DNA from: Halarcobacter sp.
Lineage (GTDB): Bacteria; Campylobacterota; Campylobacteria; Campylobacterales; Arcobacteraceae
NCBI GenBank assembly: GCA_963676565.1
Contig: OY781089.1
Coordinates: 2,752,001 to 2,816,000 of the forward strand
Reading direction: 5' to 3'
Length of the DNA stretch: 64,000 nt
Below, in pieces: positions 8,444-18,061 of this stretch (its first letter is position 1; every line of letters starts with the position of its first letter). Both the position numbers and the translations under genes were made by a program. The notes below the pieces were generated by a model. The model was not told where the DNA came from. It searched no databases and saw nothing but the letters and a program-made list of their open reading frames with translations.

Positions 8444-9472
8444 TTATTTGCTATTTTTAGCAATAGCCTTTCTAGCTTCATCTACTAGTTTTTGTCCATC
8501 AATACCTTTTGAAGTTGCTTCTTCAATCCATTTTTGAACTACTTGCTCACCTATTTTGTTAAATTTAGCCATCTCTTCGTTGCTTAATTTGTGAACTTTT
8601 CCACCTTTTGATTCATTTTGCATCTTCTTCCCTGGTTCTTCAACATCCATCCAAATTTGCCCAACTTTTTTAACCATATCCATATCTACACTATCAATTA
8701 AGATTTTTTGTAAATCTTTATCTAATGATTTAAATCTATCTTCATTCATAAGTAACATAAATACTGAAGTACCAAATCTTTCCCCATTTGGTCCCTCAAC
8801 TGAATGTTTAGTTAAATTATGAAACTTAAGAGGAGGAAACACTTCAAAAGGGATAAACCCTCCATCAACAACACCTTTTGATAAAGCTTGAGGAAGTGCA
8901 GGTAAAGGCATACCTACTGGCTCTGCACCCAATGCAGATATATACCATCCTGCAGTTCTTGATGGAGCTCTAAGTTTTAAACCTTTTAAATCTTCAACAC
9001 TAGTTACCTCTTTTTCAGTTGTATGAATTGCATTACCGGCAGCTGTATAAACCATTAAAGGTTTAATTTTGTCAAAATCATCTTTAATCAAATCCATATT
9101 TTCTTTAATTGCTATTGCAGTAGCAAGTGAATCACCAATATGTACAGTTGGTAACTCAAAAACTTCAGTTCTTGGGAATACACCAGGAGTATATCCAGGA
9201 AGTGTCCAAACGATATCTGCAACACCATCTCTAACTTGTTTATATAACTCAGGTGGTTTCCCTCCCATAGTCATCGATGGGAAAATTTCAATTTTTAATT
9301 TTCCTTTAGATGCTTCTTCTATTTTTTTAGCCCATGGCTCTAAAAATTTAGTTTGAAGAGGAGCTTTTGGACTTAAGAAGTGATGAACTGTCAATGTCTC
9401 CGCTGCATAAGCTGAACCTGCTAATAACAATGTACTAACAAGAATGCTTCCCTTTTTAATTAGATTTTTCAT
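8444..9472 (-). CDS. dctP: TRAP transporter substrate-binding protein
   Basis: Signal peptide, LKGLKLR motif, adjacent to dctQM. Confidence 0.9.
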   Translation of the reverse strand: MKNLIKKGSILVSTLLLAGSAYAAETLTVHHFLSPKAPLQTKFLEPWAKKIEEASKGKLKIEIFPSMTMGGKPPELYKQVRDGVADIVWTLPGYTPGVFPRTEVFELPTVHIGDSLATAIAIKENMDLIKDDFDKIKPLMVYTAAGNAIHTTEKEVTSVEDLKGLKLRAPSRTAGWYISALGAEPVGMPLPALPQALSKGVVDGGFIPFEVFPPLKFHNLTKHSVEGPNGERFGTSVFMLLMNEDRFKSLDKDLQKILIDSVDMDMVKKVGQIWMDVEEPGKKMQNESKGGKVHKLSNEEMAKFNKIGEQVVQKWIEEATSKGIDGQKLVDEARKAIAKNSK

Positions 9473-9501
9473 GTCTTTTCCCTTTTTTCACTAATCTTTT
9501 A

Positions 9502-10440
9502 TTATTTCATTGCTTTTTCTAAAGCATCTAGAACTTTCATTGCCGATAATGCTTGTTGTACACTTGCATTTGGTTCACGTCCATCTTTAATTGCTGAGAT
9601 AAACTCTCTATCTTGTAACTCAATTCCATTCATAGAGACTGCAACATTTGAAACATCAATTTGCTCTTCTTTTCCCGTAAATAAATCATCATATCTAGCT
9701 ATATAAGTTCCATTATCACAGATATATCTAAAGAAAGTTCCTAATGGCCCATCATTATTAAAAGATAATGATAATGTACAAATTGCTCCTGAAGCAGTTT
9801 TAAGTCCAATACTCATATCCATTGCAATACCAAGTTCAGGATGAATTGGTCCTTGCATTGCTTGAACATCAACAATCTCCTCACCTGTTTGGTAAGCAAA
9901 TAAATCAACTGTATGACAAGCATGGTGCCATAATAAGTGGTCAACCCATGATCTTGGCTCACCTAAGGCATTTGTATTTGTTCTTCTGAAGAAATAAGTT
10001 TGAACATCCATTTGTTGAATTCTTAACTCACCAGCAGTAATTTTATTGTGAACATATTGATGAGATGGATTAAATCTTCTTGTATGTCCAGCCATAGCAA
10101 TAAGTCCTGTCTCTTTTTGTTTATCAACAATTGCTTGTGCATCTGCTAATGAATCTGCCATTGGAATTTCAATCATTACATGTTTTCCTGCATCCATTAA
10201 AGCGATTGCTTGTTGTGCATGAATTTGAGTTGGACTAGTAATAATTGCTGCATCAAAATCATATTTTAAAGCATCTTCTAAAGTAAGTACATAATTTGGA
10301 ACATTAAACTGTTCAGCTACTTTTTTTGTACCCTCTTCTCTTCTTCCAACTAAGCAAACAACCTCAGCATCCTCAATATTTGATAGAGCATCTAAATGTT
10401 TTTTTCCAAAAGCTCCATTTCCTACAACACAAATTTTCAT
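9502..10440 (-). CDS. ligC: 4-carboxy-2-hydroxymuconate-6-semialdehyde dehydrogenase
   Basis: Gfo/Idh/MocA fold: GNGAFG, EIPMAD, GHTRRFNPSHQ, DHLLWHHACHTVDLF; follows ligAB. Confidence 0.92.
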   Translation of the reverse strand: MKICVVGNGAFGKKHLDALSNIEDAEVVCLVGRREEGTKKVAEQFNVPNYVLTLEDALKYDFDAAIITSPTQIHAQQAIALMDAGKHVMIEIPMADSLADAQAIVDKQKETGLIAMAGHTRRFNPSHQYVHNKITAGELRIQQMDVQTYFFRRTNTNALGEPRSWVDHLLWHHACHTVDLFAYQTGEEIVDVQAMQGPIHPELGIAMDMSIGLKTASGAICTLSLSFNNDGPLGTFFRYICDNGTYIARYDDLFTGKEEQIDVSNVAVSMNGIELQDREFISAIKDGREPNASVQQALSAMKVLDALEKAMK

Positions 10441-11289
10441 TTAGTCCTCCTTATTTTCTAAAATTGTTAATGAATAATTAGTATTTGAAATTGGTACATG
10501 CATAAATCTATAAACTTCATTTACCTCTTTAGTTAATGCACCTCTCATAGTTAACCACATAATTGCTTCTGCACCTTCACTACCTGTTTCTCTAATTAAT
10601 TCAGTTACTGAGATGTCTTTTATTGATTCTGGATCTTTTACCAAATTATCTAACCACCAAGTATCGTATTCGACATTAATTAAACCTGCTCTTGGTCCTT
10701 GTAATTGATGTGATAATCCACCTGTTCCCATAATTGCAACATTGATATCTTCAGGGTAAGACTCAACAGCTTCTCTAATAGCTTTTCCTAAGTTGTAACA
10801 TCTATTTCCCTTTGGTTGAGGATATTGAACAACACCAACATACAATGGAATAAACTTACAAGGCCACTCTTCTAAATCTTCACCAAATGCTAAAGAAGCA
10901 GGAACAGAAAAACCATGGTCTACATCTAATTCAAATGACATCGCAACATCAAACTCTTTTTCATTGAAGTGTTCTGCTATATGACAAGATAAAGCAGAGT
11001 CCCCTTTAAAAGTTGGAACTTTTCTTCTTCCATATCCTTCATCAGCTGGTAAATACTCATCAGCAATACCAAGTCCAAAAGGGATAACATTTTTTAATGA
11101 GAAGTTAGAACCATGGTCATTATAAACAATAATACAAACATCAGGTTTTTTCTCTTTCATCCATGCTCTTAAAGGTTTAATCCCTTCATTAAAAGGTTCC
11201 CAATATGGACCAGTCATCTCTTTATTGTCCATTTTAAGCATGATTGTTGGTATGTGTGAAGTACCTATTCCTCCGATTATCTTAGCCAT
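10441..11289 (-). CDS. ligB: Protocatechuate 4,5-dioxygenase beta subunit
   Basis: TSHIP, YNDH, ADEGYG, GTGGLSHQLQGPRAGLIN, GSEGAEAIMW; Fe ligands conserved; start placed at 11289. Confidence 0.92.
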   Translation of the reverse strand: MAKIIGGIGTSHIPTIMLKMDNKEMTGPYWEPFNEGIKPLRAWMKEKKPDVCIIVYNDHGSNFSLKNVIPFGLGIADEYLPADEGYGRRKVPTFKGDSALSCHIAEHFNEKEFDVAMSFELDVDHGFSVPASLAFGEDLEEWPCKFIPLYVGVVQYPQPKGNRCYNLGKAIREAVESYPEDINVAIMGTGGLSHQLQGPRAGLINVEYDTWWLDNLVKDPESIKDISVTELIRETGSEGAEAIMWLTMRGALTKEVNEVYRFMHVPISNTNYSLTILENKED

Positions 11290-11707
11290 TTTTCTTCTCC
11301 TCATTCTCTTTTATACTTCTATTTCCCTCAATTGGTCTTCCACCATTAATCATCATTTGTTGGAACTCTTCAGTTGTCATTTTATTTGGTTCTTCAGACA
11401 TCATAGCTCCGGCTTGTTGCATATGTAAACCTAGAGTTGCAGCAATCTTCCATAAATAATAGATATTCCCACCTAATTCAAGAAGGTAATTTAAATCTTT
11501 TCTTCTAATACCATCTTTCATCTCTTCTGTTAATTTAGGGAATCTACTCATATATTCTTCTTCATCAGCTAAAAAAGCTTCCCTTGCATCAGGTTTATTT
11601 AAAGTGTCACAAAATTTATTTAATTCATAACCTTTTACACAAGTTTGTAAGTCAAATACAATTGTTCCAGGTATATCTTTATAGTCTCTTTCTTCATAAC
11701 TTCCCAT
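11282..11707 (-). CDS. ligA: Protocatechuate 4,5-dioxygenase alpha subunit
   Basis: DIPGTIVFD...KGYELNKFC...GGNIYYL...MINGGR. Confidence 0.92.
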   Translation of the reverse strand: MGSYEERDYKDIPGTIVFDLQTCVKGYELNKFCDTLNKPDAREAFLADEEEYMSRFPKLTEEMKDGIRRKDLNYLLELGGNIYYLWKIAATLGLHMQQAGAMMSEEPNKMTTEEFQQMMINGGRPIEGNRSIKENEEKKNG

Positions 11708-11726
11708 AATTTAATCCCTTTCTTTT

Positions 11727-12761
11727 TTAATTAAAATGTTTTTCAATATGTTGATTAATTCTAGGATAAACATTTCTAATATTATCTTCGAATATCATCT
11801 TTTTCTTTTCATCACTAATCTTAGCAGCATCGATGTATCGTTTTGTATCATCAAAATAATGACCTGTTAATGGGTCAATTCCTCTAACTGCTCCAATCAT
11901 TTCAGACGCAAATAAAATATTTTCTGTAGGAACTAAATCTAATAATAAATCAATACCTTCTTGGTGATATACACAAGTATCAAAATAGATATTATTTTCA
12001 ATAATGTTATTTAAATTATCTAATTCTAACATATCACAAAGACCTCTAAATCTTCCCCAATGATAAGGCACTGCTCCACCACCATGTGGGATAACAAATT
12101 TTAACTCTGGAAAGTCTTTAAATAGTGTTTTACTCATCATAAGTTGAGTAAAAGCAGTTGTATCTGCACCTAAATAGTGTGATGATGTTGCATGAAATAC
12201 TGGGTTACAACACCCACTTACATGAATCATTGCTGGAACACCATATTCAACCATCTTTTCATATAATGGATACCAATATTTATCATCTAGCTTTGGAGCA
12301 TCATTCCAATATCCCCCAGATGGATCTGGATTTAAATTACATCCAATAAATCCATACTCTTTTACAACTCTTTCAAGTTCAGCTGCACTTGCAGTCATAT
12401 CTGAACCTGGAGATTGTGGAAGTTGTGCAACACCCACAAAGTTTTTAGGAAAAATATCAACTATTCTTGCAATAAGTTCATTACAATGTTCAGTCCAATT
12501 TTTACTAGTACTTTGATTTCCTATGTGGTGTCCCATCCAAGATGCTCTTGGAGAGAAAATAGTTAAGTCAGTACCTCTTTCTTGTTGTAATTTCAACTGA
12601 TTTTTTTCAACACTTTCTCGCAAAGCCTCATCAGTAATATTAATAACACCCTTTGCATGTTGTACTAAAGGATCAAAACTTAACTCTTTTTTTTGTTGTT
12701 CTCTATAATCACCTAACTCTTTAGGTCCTGTTGTATAATGTCCATGACAATCAATAATCAT
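11727..12761 (-). CDS. ligJ: 4-oxalomesaconate hydratase
   Basis: MIIDCHGHYTT, NLNPDPSGG, IPHGGGAVPYHWGRFRG, FASEMIGAVRGIDP. Confidence 0.93.
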   Translation of the reverse strand: MIIDCHGHYTTGPKELGDYREQQKKELSFDPLVQHAKGVINITDEALRESVEKNQLKLQQERGTDLTIFSPRASWMGHHIGNQSTSKNWTEHCNELIARIVDIFPKNFVGVAQLPQSPGSDMTASAAELERVVKEYGFIGCNLNPDPSGGYWNDAPKLDDKYWYPLYEKMVEYGVPAMIHVSGCCNPVFHATSSHYLGADTTAFTQLMMSKTLFKDFPELKFVIPHGGGAVPYHWGRFRGLCDMLELDNLNNIIENNIYFDTCVYHQEGIDLLLDLVPTENILFASEMIGAVRGIDPLTGHYFDDTKRYIDAAKISDEKKKMIFEDNIRNVYPRINQHIEKHFN

Positions 12762-12762
12762 A

Positions 12763-13482
12763 TTAAGATTCTCCTTTCAATTGAGCTTCATCATCATAAT
12801 ATTTAAATCCTGCTGCTTCTAAACCTGGTCTCATTTTGTATAAATCAAGTCCTAAAACACCAGCTTCAAACTTCTCTCTTTTTTCACCTTCAAAATCTTC
12901 TCTTTTTTGAGCTGCATCTGCAACTATTTTTGCATCTTCTTGTGCAACAATACAAATCCCATCATCATCAGCAACTACAACATCACCAGGATTTACAATT
13001 TGTCCTGCACAAACAATAGGAATATTCACTGAACCTAATGTATTTTTTACTGTACCTCTAATACTAACTGCTTTTGACCATACTGGAAAATCCATTTCTT
13101 CTAAATCTTTAGTATCTCTAACTCCACCATCAATCACAAGTCCTTTAACACCTTGTGCAATAGCAGAAGTTGCTAATAAATCTCCAAAGAAACCATCAGT
13201 ATTTGGTGTTGTACAAGCAGCAATTATAATATCACCTGGTTGTGCTAACTCCATAGCTACATGAAGCATCCAGTTGTCACCTGGCTGAAGTAATACTGTA
13301 ATTGCACTTCCAGCTATTCTTTTCCCTTTAAGTACAGGTCTAAGTTCAGGATGTAATTCCCCTACTCTTTTTTGTGCTTCATGAACTGTTGCACTTCCAA
13401 ACTTTTCTAATCTTTCAATCTCTTCTTTTGGCGCTCTATTTATATTTTTTACAGCTACACCTAAATGTGGTTTTCTAATCAT
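12763..13482 (-). CDS. ligK: 4-carboxy-4-hydroxy-2-oxoadipate aldolase
   Basis: RraA fold: [33 protein letters not shown]; start placed at 13482. Confidence 0.92.
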   Translation of the reverse strand: MIRKPHLGVAVKNINRAPKEEIERLEKFGSATVHEAQKRVGELHPELRPVLKGKRIAGSAITVLLQPGDNWMLHVAMELAQPGDIIIAACTTPNTDGFFGDLLATSAIAQGVKGLVIDGGVRDTKDLEEMDFPVWSKAVSIRGTVKNTLGSVNIPIVCAGQIVNPGDVVVADDDGICIVAQEDAKIVADAAQKREDFEGEKREKFEAGVLGLDLYKMRPGLEAAGFKYYDDEAQLKGES

Positions 13483-13483
13483 C

Positions 13484-14356
13484 TTAATCCTCCCATCCAT
13501 ATAATCTAGCTGGATTATCAACTAAAATTTTCTTTTGTAAAGCCGGGTCTGGAACCATTAATGGAAATAAATCCATTAAGTCTCCATCATTTGGCATATA
13601 TTTTTTAATATTTGGGTGAGGACAATCTGTTCCCCAAAGGATTCTATCTGGTGCAATTGCCACTAACTTTTGCGCATATGGAATCGCATCATAAAATGGT
13701 GGCTCTGGTGAAATTCTTTCAGCACAAGAGATTTTAACCCACCAATTTTCCCTTTCCATAAATTTACATAAAATTTTAAATGCTTCTTGCTCAACACCCT
13801 CTTTTGTTGGGACTCTACCCATATGGTCAACTACAATTGTAATGTCAAATTTTGCAAAGAAATCTTCATATTTAATTATATCTTCTGCATTTACATGAAT
13901 AACTAAATGCCAACCCAATGGAATTACTTTATTTATAACTCTTTCCATCATCTCTAAATCTGGCGCTCCACCTAAATGTGTAACAAAATTAAACCTAACA
14001 CCTTTAACACCATTTTCATCTAAATATTTAAAATCTTCATCTGTAAAAGTGTCATCTGCCATACAAACACCTTTATATCTTTTAGGATCATTTTTTATAG
14101 CATCTAACATTGCTGTATTATCTTTACCATGGCAAGAAGCTTGAACTAAAACAGCTCTAGAGATTCCAATAGTATCATGCATCTTTCTTAAAAGTGCCTC
14201 TGGTGTATCAGGTGGCCAGTATGTTGCCTTTTGTGAATAAGGAAACACTTCATGTGGTCCAAATACATGACAATGGGCATCACAAGCATTTTCCATAGCT
14301 TTAAATACTGGCGTCTTAGTATTTCTATCTGGCGCCATACAAGTTTTCTTTTCCAA
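13484..14356 (-). CDS. ligI: 2-pyrone-4,6-dicarboxylate lactonase
   Basis: [28 protein letters not shown], WGTDxPHPN; TTG start. Confidence 0.88.
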   Translation of the reverse strand: MEKKTCMAPDRNTKTPVFKAMENACDAHCHVFGPHEVFPYSQKATYWPPDTPEALLRKMHDTIGISRAVLVQASCHGKDNTAMLDAIKNDPKRYKGVCMADDTFTDEDFKYLDENGVKGVRFNFVTHLGGAPDLEMMERVINKVIPLGWHLVIHVNAEDIIKYEDFFAKFDITIVVDHMGRVPTKEGVEQEAFKILCKFMERENWWVKISCAERISPEPPFYDAIPYAQKLVAIAPDRILWGTDCPHPNIKKYMPNDGDLMDLFPLMVPDPALQKKILVDNPARLYGWED

Positions 14357-14373
14357 ATTAAACTCCTTCTTTT

Positions 14374-15456
14374 TTAATTTAAATCATCTGGATGTGGATA
14401 AGCCACACCTTTACTTAATAATCTTGCTGTTCTTAATAAGCCAGCTTTTTTAATACTTAATTCGTCATTTATTTTTTCACTTGTTAATTCGACTGTAAAC
14501 TCACCACTTGGATGTTCAATAGTTAAATTAGCAATTGGCATATTTTTTACTTTTATAATATCACTAGTAACACACTCATCATATAAACAAGCACTTGCAA
14601 CAGAAACTGCTCCAAGTACTCCAATTGCTGCATGACAATTGTGAGGTATAAATGTTCGTGTGTTTATGCTTCCACCATTTTTAGGAGCTGAAACAATTGT
14701 CATTTTTGGTACAACTTTTTTTGATACTTCCCCAAGATTCATCATTGGACCAACTTCTAATCTTAATTCTTCTAATGTTTTTCTTAATTCAGAATTTTTG
14801 CTTAACTCTTCACAACTTTCATATCCTGTAATTCCTAATTGATTTGCATTAATCAAAACTACAGGCATACCATTATCAATACATGTAATATCAATATCAT
14901 TTACAATATCTTTTTTATTGCCCGTTGGAAAAAGTGAACCACAAACAGATCCTGCAACATCAAGATAATTACAAATAATTGGTGCTGATGTTCCAGGAAC
15001 TCCATCAATTCTTGCATCACCATCAAATTTTAATTTTTTGTTTGGTGTTTGCATTACAAGTTCACAAATATTGTTACTATTAATCATATTGACTTTTATC
15101 GTTGTCATATCTTCTGTTGGTAATACCATCTTATTTTCAATAGCAAAAACACCAACACCTGATAATATATTTCCACAATTAGGAGAACTGTCAACTCTAT
15201 TTTCACCAACAACTACTTGTACAAAAAGAAAATCTATATCACAATTTTCTTTTTCTGATTTACTTACAATAGCAACCTTACTAGTAAGGGGATTCGCGCC
15301 TCCCAAACCATCAATTTGTCTAGAGTCACGACCAACAATACTTAATATGATTTCATCTCTAAGGTTTTCATCCTGAGGTAAATCATTTTTATCAAAATAA
15401 ATACCCTTTGAACTACCACCTCTTATTTGCATATATGGTATTGATTCATAACTCAT
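14374..15456 (-). CDS. ligU: 4-oxalomesaconate tautomerase (PrpF family, LigU/GalD)
   Basis: RGGSSKG, QIDGLGGANPLTSKVAIV, PNCGNIL, RTFIPHxCHAAIGV, LRTAR. Confidence 0.9.
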   Translation of the reverse strand: MSYESIPYMQIRGGSSKGIYFDKNDLPQDENLRDEIILSIVGRDSRQIDGLGGANPLTSKVAIVSKSEKENCDIDFLFVQVVVGENRVDSSPNCGNILSGVGVFAIENKMVLPTEDMTTIKVNMINSNNICELVMQTPNKKLKFDGDARIDGVPGTSAPIICNYLDVAGSVCGSLFPTGNKKDIVNDIDITCIDNGMPVVLINANQLGITGYESCEELSKNSELRKTLEELRLEVGPMMNLGEVSKKVVPKMTIVSAPKNGGSINTRTFIPHNCHAAIGVLGAVSVASACLYDECVTSDIIKVKNMPIANLTIEHPSGEFTVELTSEKINDELSIKKAGLLRTARLLSKGVAYPHPDDLN

Positions 15457-15495
15457 TTTTAACCTTTAATTTAATTTTCGAACATTTGTACAGAA

Positions 15496-15572
15496 ACTAT
15501 AGCATTGGAAAATTTAAAGTACGCTTAACGGACATAAGTTCATTTTAAGTTAAGATAGCAATAGCATAGCAT
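15496..15572 (-). promoter_or_regulatory. Promoter cassette copy 3 (lig operon)
   Basis: Box GTCCGTTAAGCGTAC at 15519..15533; TGcTATAGT 17 nt downstream; repeats at 15556 and 15567. Confidence 0.75.
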
Positions 15573-15743
15573 TATAAAATTAGTTTATGAGAAAAAGAAA
15601 ATTAAGTTATTAATATAGATTTATTTAGAAGATATTAATATTTAAAAAATCACTTATGAGATACTATTTTATGGTCTTTAATTAGAAATTTAAAAATACT
15701 TTTTGTGTTTATTTAGTTTATAACTACTTTTATAAAAAGATAT

Positions 15744-15788
15744 GAAAAAAAGAGAAATTAAAACTTTTTTAAATTTCTCTTTTTTTTC
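15744..15788 (-). terminator. Intrinsic terminator after DjlA-like gene
   Basis: aaaaaagagaaatt / aatttctctttttt inverted repeat. Confidence 0.55.
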
Positions 15789-15814
15789 TAAAAGTACACA
15801 CTTTATATTTAATT

Positions 15815-16618
15815 TTATTTTTTTATATCTTTAATAACCTGATAGGCTTGGTTTATTTGTTGAGTTTTTGCAGTTGCTTCTTCCATATAAGATTCATCTT
15901 TATCTTGAGAGCTAATAATATCAGGATGATATTTTCTAATTAAGTTTCTATAAGCTTTTTTAATTGTATCCATATCATCAGTTTCTTTCACACCTAAAAT
16001 TTCATAGGCTTCTTTTGCACTCATAGTTTGATTATTGTTTTTCATTTTATTTTCAAAATTATTAATGAATTGTTTATATTGTTCTTCTGAAATATTTAAT
16101 TCACCTACAATAACTCTTAAGACTTTGTCTTCTTCCTCTCCAATTCCACTATCAATAAAAGCTAATTGGATTAAAAAACCAACAAATTGTCTTCTTTTTA
16201 AAATACTTTTCCCAATAAGATTATTTAGCTCACTTGCAATTTGCTGAGTATTACCACTTTTTTGTTTCTCTTCATTAAAAATTTCTTTCATGATATCTCT
16301 AGCTTTTTGCTTTTCATCAAACACTTTTGTTATATCATCAAACATCATTTTAATAAGCTGTGCTTCAAGTTCTTGAACTCTTCCATCTGCTTTAGCAACT
16401 TTAGCAACAAGCGCTATAAAAAGTCCTAATTCACTTTTGGCAAAGTCCTCTTTTGAGTTTATTAATTTATTGAGTTTTCTTCTTTGATAATATTTATATA
16501 GTTTAAAAGCAACAATTAGTCCAAAGATAATTGATAAGGTTAAAAATGTATTTACTATAAATGTATAATACAAAACAACAAGGAGAATTGCTATAAAAAT
16601 CCATTTTTTTAATTTCAT
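15815..16618 (-). CDS. DjlA-like co-chaperone (TerB domain plus C-terminal J domain)
   Basis: N-terminal TM, VAKADG TerB motif, KYHPD J-domain motif. Confidence 0.85.
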   Translation of the reverse strand: MKLKKWIFIAILLVVLYYTFIVNTFLTLSIIFGLIVAFKLYKYYQRRKLNKLINSKEDFAKSELGLFIALVAKVAKADGRVQELEAQLIKMMFDDITKVFDEKQKARDIMKEIFNEEKQKSGNTQQIASELNNLIGKSILKRRQFVGFLIQLAFIDSGIGEEEDKVLRVIVGELNISEEQYKQFINNFENKMKNNNQTMSAKEAYEILGVKETDDMDTIKKAYRNLIRKYHPDIISSQDKDESYMEEATAKTQQINQAYQVIKDIKK

Positions 16619-16682
16619 TATTTAATCCATTTTTTGGTAATTTAAATGACAATTATATCTATTTAACCTTATATGATATAAT

Positions 16683-17150
16683 GTGGAATTATATTTCAAA
16701 GGATTTATTATCAAAGTTTTTAAATATCTATTACTATTTACTTTTCTTCTTAGTTTGAATCTTTTTGCAGGTTCACAAAGATTACAAAAAGAGATGAATT
16801 ATGAAGTTTCATATGAAAAAGCTTTAGAAAAGGCTCTAAAACAGAATAAACCAATTATGATGATGATAGGACAAACAGAGTGTCCTTATTGTAATAAGTT
16901 TGAAGTAAAAACACTTACAAGGAAAAATATTAATATAAAAGTTCAAAAAGATTTTATACCTCTAAGTCTTCTAAGGGATAAAGATAAATTTCCAAAACAA
17001 TTTGAAGCAAAAGGTGTTCCAACTGTAATTTTTATTGACCCAAAACAGCAAAAAGCTTTTTATAAATCATTTGGTTATAAGAGTAAAAGAGATTATAAAG
17101 TAGAGTTAGAAAAAGCTTTAGAAATTTATAATAAAGAATATAAAAACTAA
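16683..17150 (+). CDS. Exported thioredoxin-fold protein (SoxW/Thioredoxin_7-like); real start probably near 16710
   Basis: CPYC, cis-Pro loop GVPTVIF, signal peptide. Confidence 0.8.
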   Translation: MELYFKGFIIKVFKYLLLFTFLLSLNLFAGSQRLQKEMNYEVSYEKALEKALKQNKPIMMMIGQTECPYCNKFEVKTLTRKNINIKVQKDFIPLSLLRDKDKFPKQFEAKGVPTVIFIDPKQQKAFYKSFGYKSKRDYKVELEKALEIYNKEYKN

Positions 17151-17153
17151 GAG

Positions 17154-17179
17154 GAAGTATTAAATTTACATAATACTTC
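17154..17179. terminator. Hairpin between convergent genes
   Basis: gaagtatta / taatacttc followed by T run. Confidence 0.5.
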
Positions 17180-17190
17180 TTTTAATATAT

Positions 17191-18036
17191 TTAGCCAACT
17201 AATTTCTCATAAAAATCTCTTAGTTTATTCTCCCCTGTTTTTGAAGCAATCATATCAACTCCCATCATAGTTAGAAAAAATTCAATAGGCCCATAAGTTT
17301 TAGATGAAACAAAATAAGGTAAAGTTTTTAAAGTAAGTTTTCTAATAAAATCTGGCAAATATGTAATCTTTGGCTTTTTATCTAAAACTTCAAAAGCTAA
17401 ATTAGCTAATTGTGTATGGGTAAATAATTCAGGTCCACCAATTTCAAGCTCTTTATTTTTTAAATCTATAGAATCCAAACAAAACTTAGCTAAATCTTTT
17501 CCATCTATAGGATTCAACTTTTTATCACCTTTTCCAAAAAGATATATCCTCCCACTTTTAGCCATATCTAAAAAATCTTTCATATCTGAATAAAAACCAT
17601 TAGGTCTAATAATAAGATATTCCAAACCTGATTTTGTTAACTCATCAACAAACTTTTCTTTTGCTTCACATATCTTTAAATTTTTGAACTTATTAGCGTT
17701 TAAAGCGGATACATATATAAACTTCTTTACTCCACTCTTTTTAGCTTCATTTAAAATATTTAAATTAGCTTGATAATCCACATCCATATATGTTAAATTA
17801 TCCTTTTGCCTTGTAATTCCTAATGTTGAAATAACAACATCAACTCCATCAAGTTTATTTAGTAAAGAGTGTTTATTTGTAAAATCTACTTTATAAACTT
17901 CTTTTGTATTTATATTACTACTAAAACTATAATCCCATCTTCTTGTTAAAACAATAGGATACATATTCCTATTATTCAGTTCTTTTAAAATATGAGTACC
18001 TAAATATCCAGTAGCTCCAATTAAACATATATTCAT
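17191..18036 (-). CDS. NAD(P)-binding atypical SDR/NmrA-like oxidoreductase
   Basis: GATGYLG Rossmann motif, IIRPNGFY, NPIDGKDLA. Confidence 0.85.
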   Translation of the reverse strand: MNICLIGATGYLGTHILKELNNRNMYPIVLTRRWDYSFSSNINTKEVYKVDFTNKHSLLNKLDGVDVVISTLGITRQKDNLTYMDVDYQANLNILNEAKKSGVKKFIYVSALNANKFKNLKICEAKEKFVDELTKSGLEYLIIRPNGFYSDMKDFLDMAKSGRIYLFGKGDKKLNPIDGKDLAKFCLDSIDLKNKELEIGGPELFTHTQLANLAFEVLDKKPKITYLPDFIRKLTLKTLPYFVSSKTYGPIEFFLTMMGVDMIASKTGENKLRDFYEKLVG

Positions 18037-18061
18037 ATTAAAATTTTCCCATTTAATTTTA

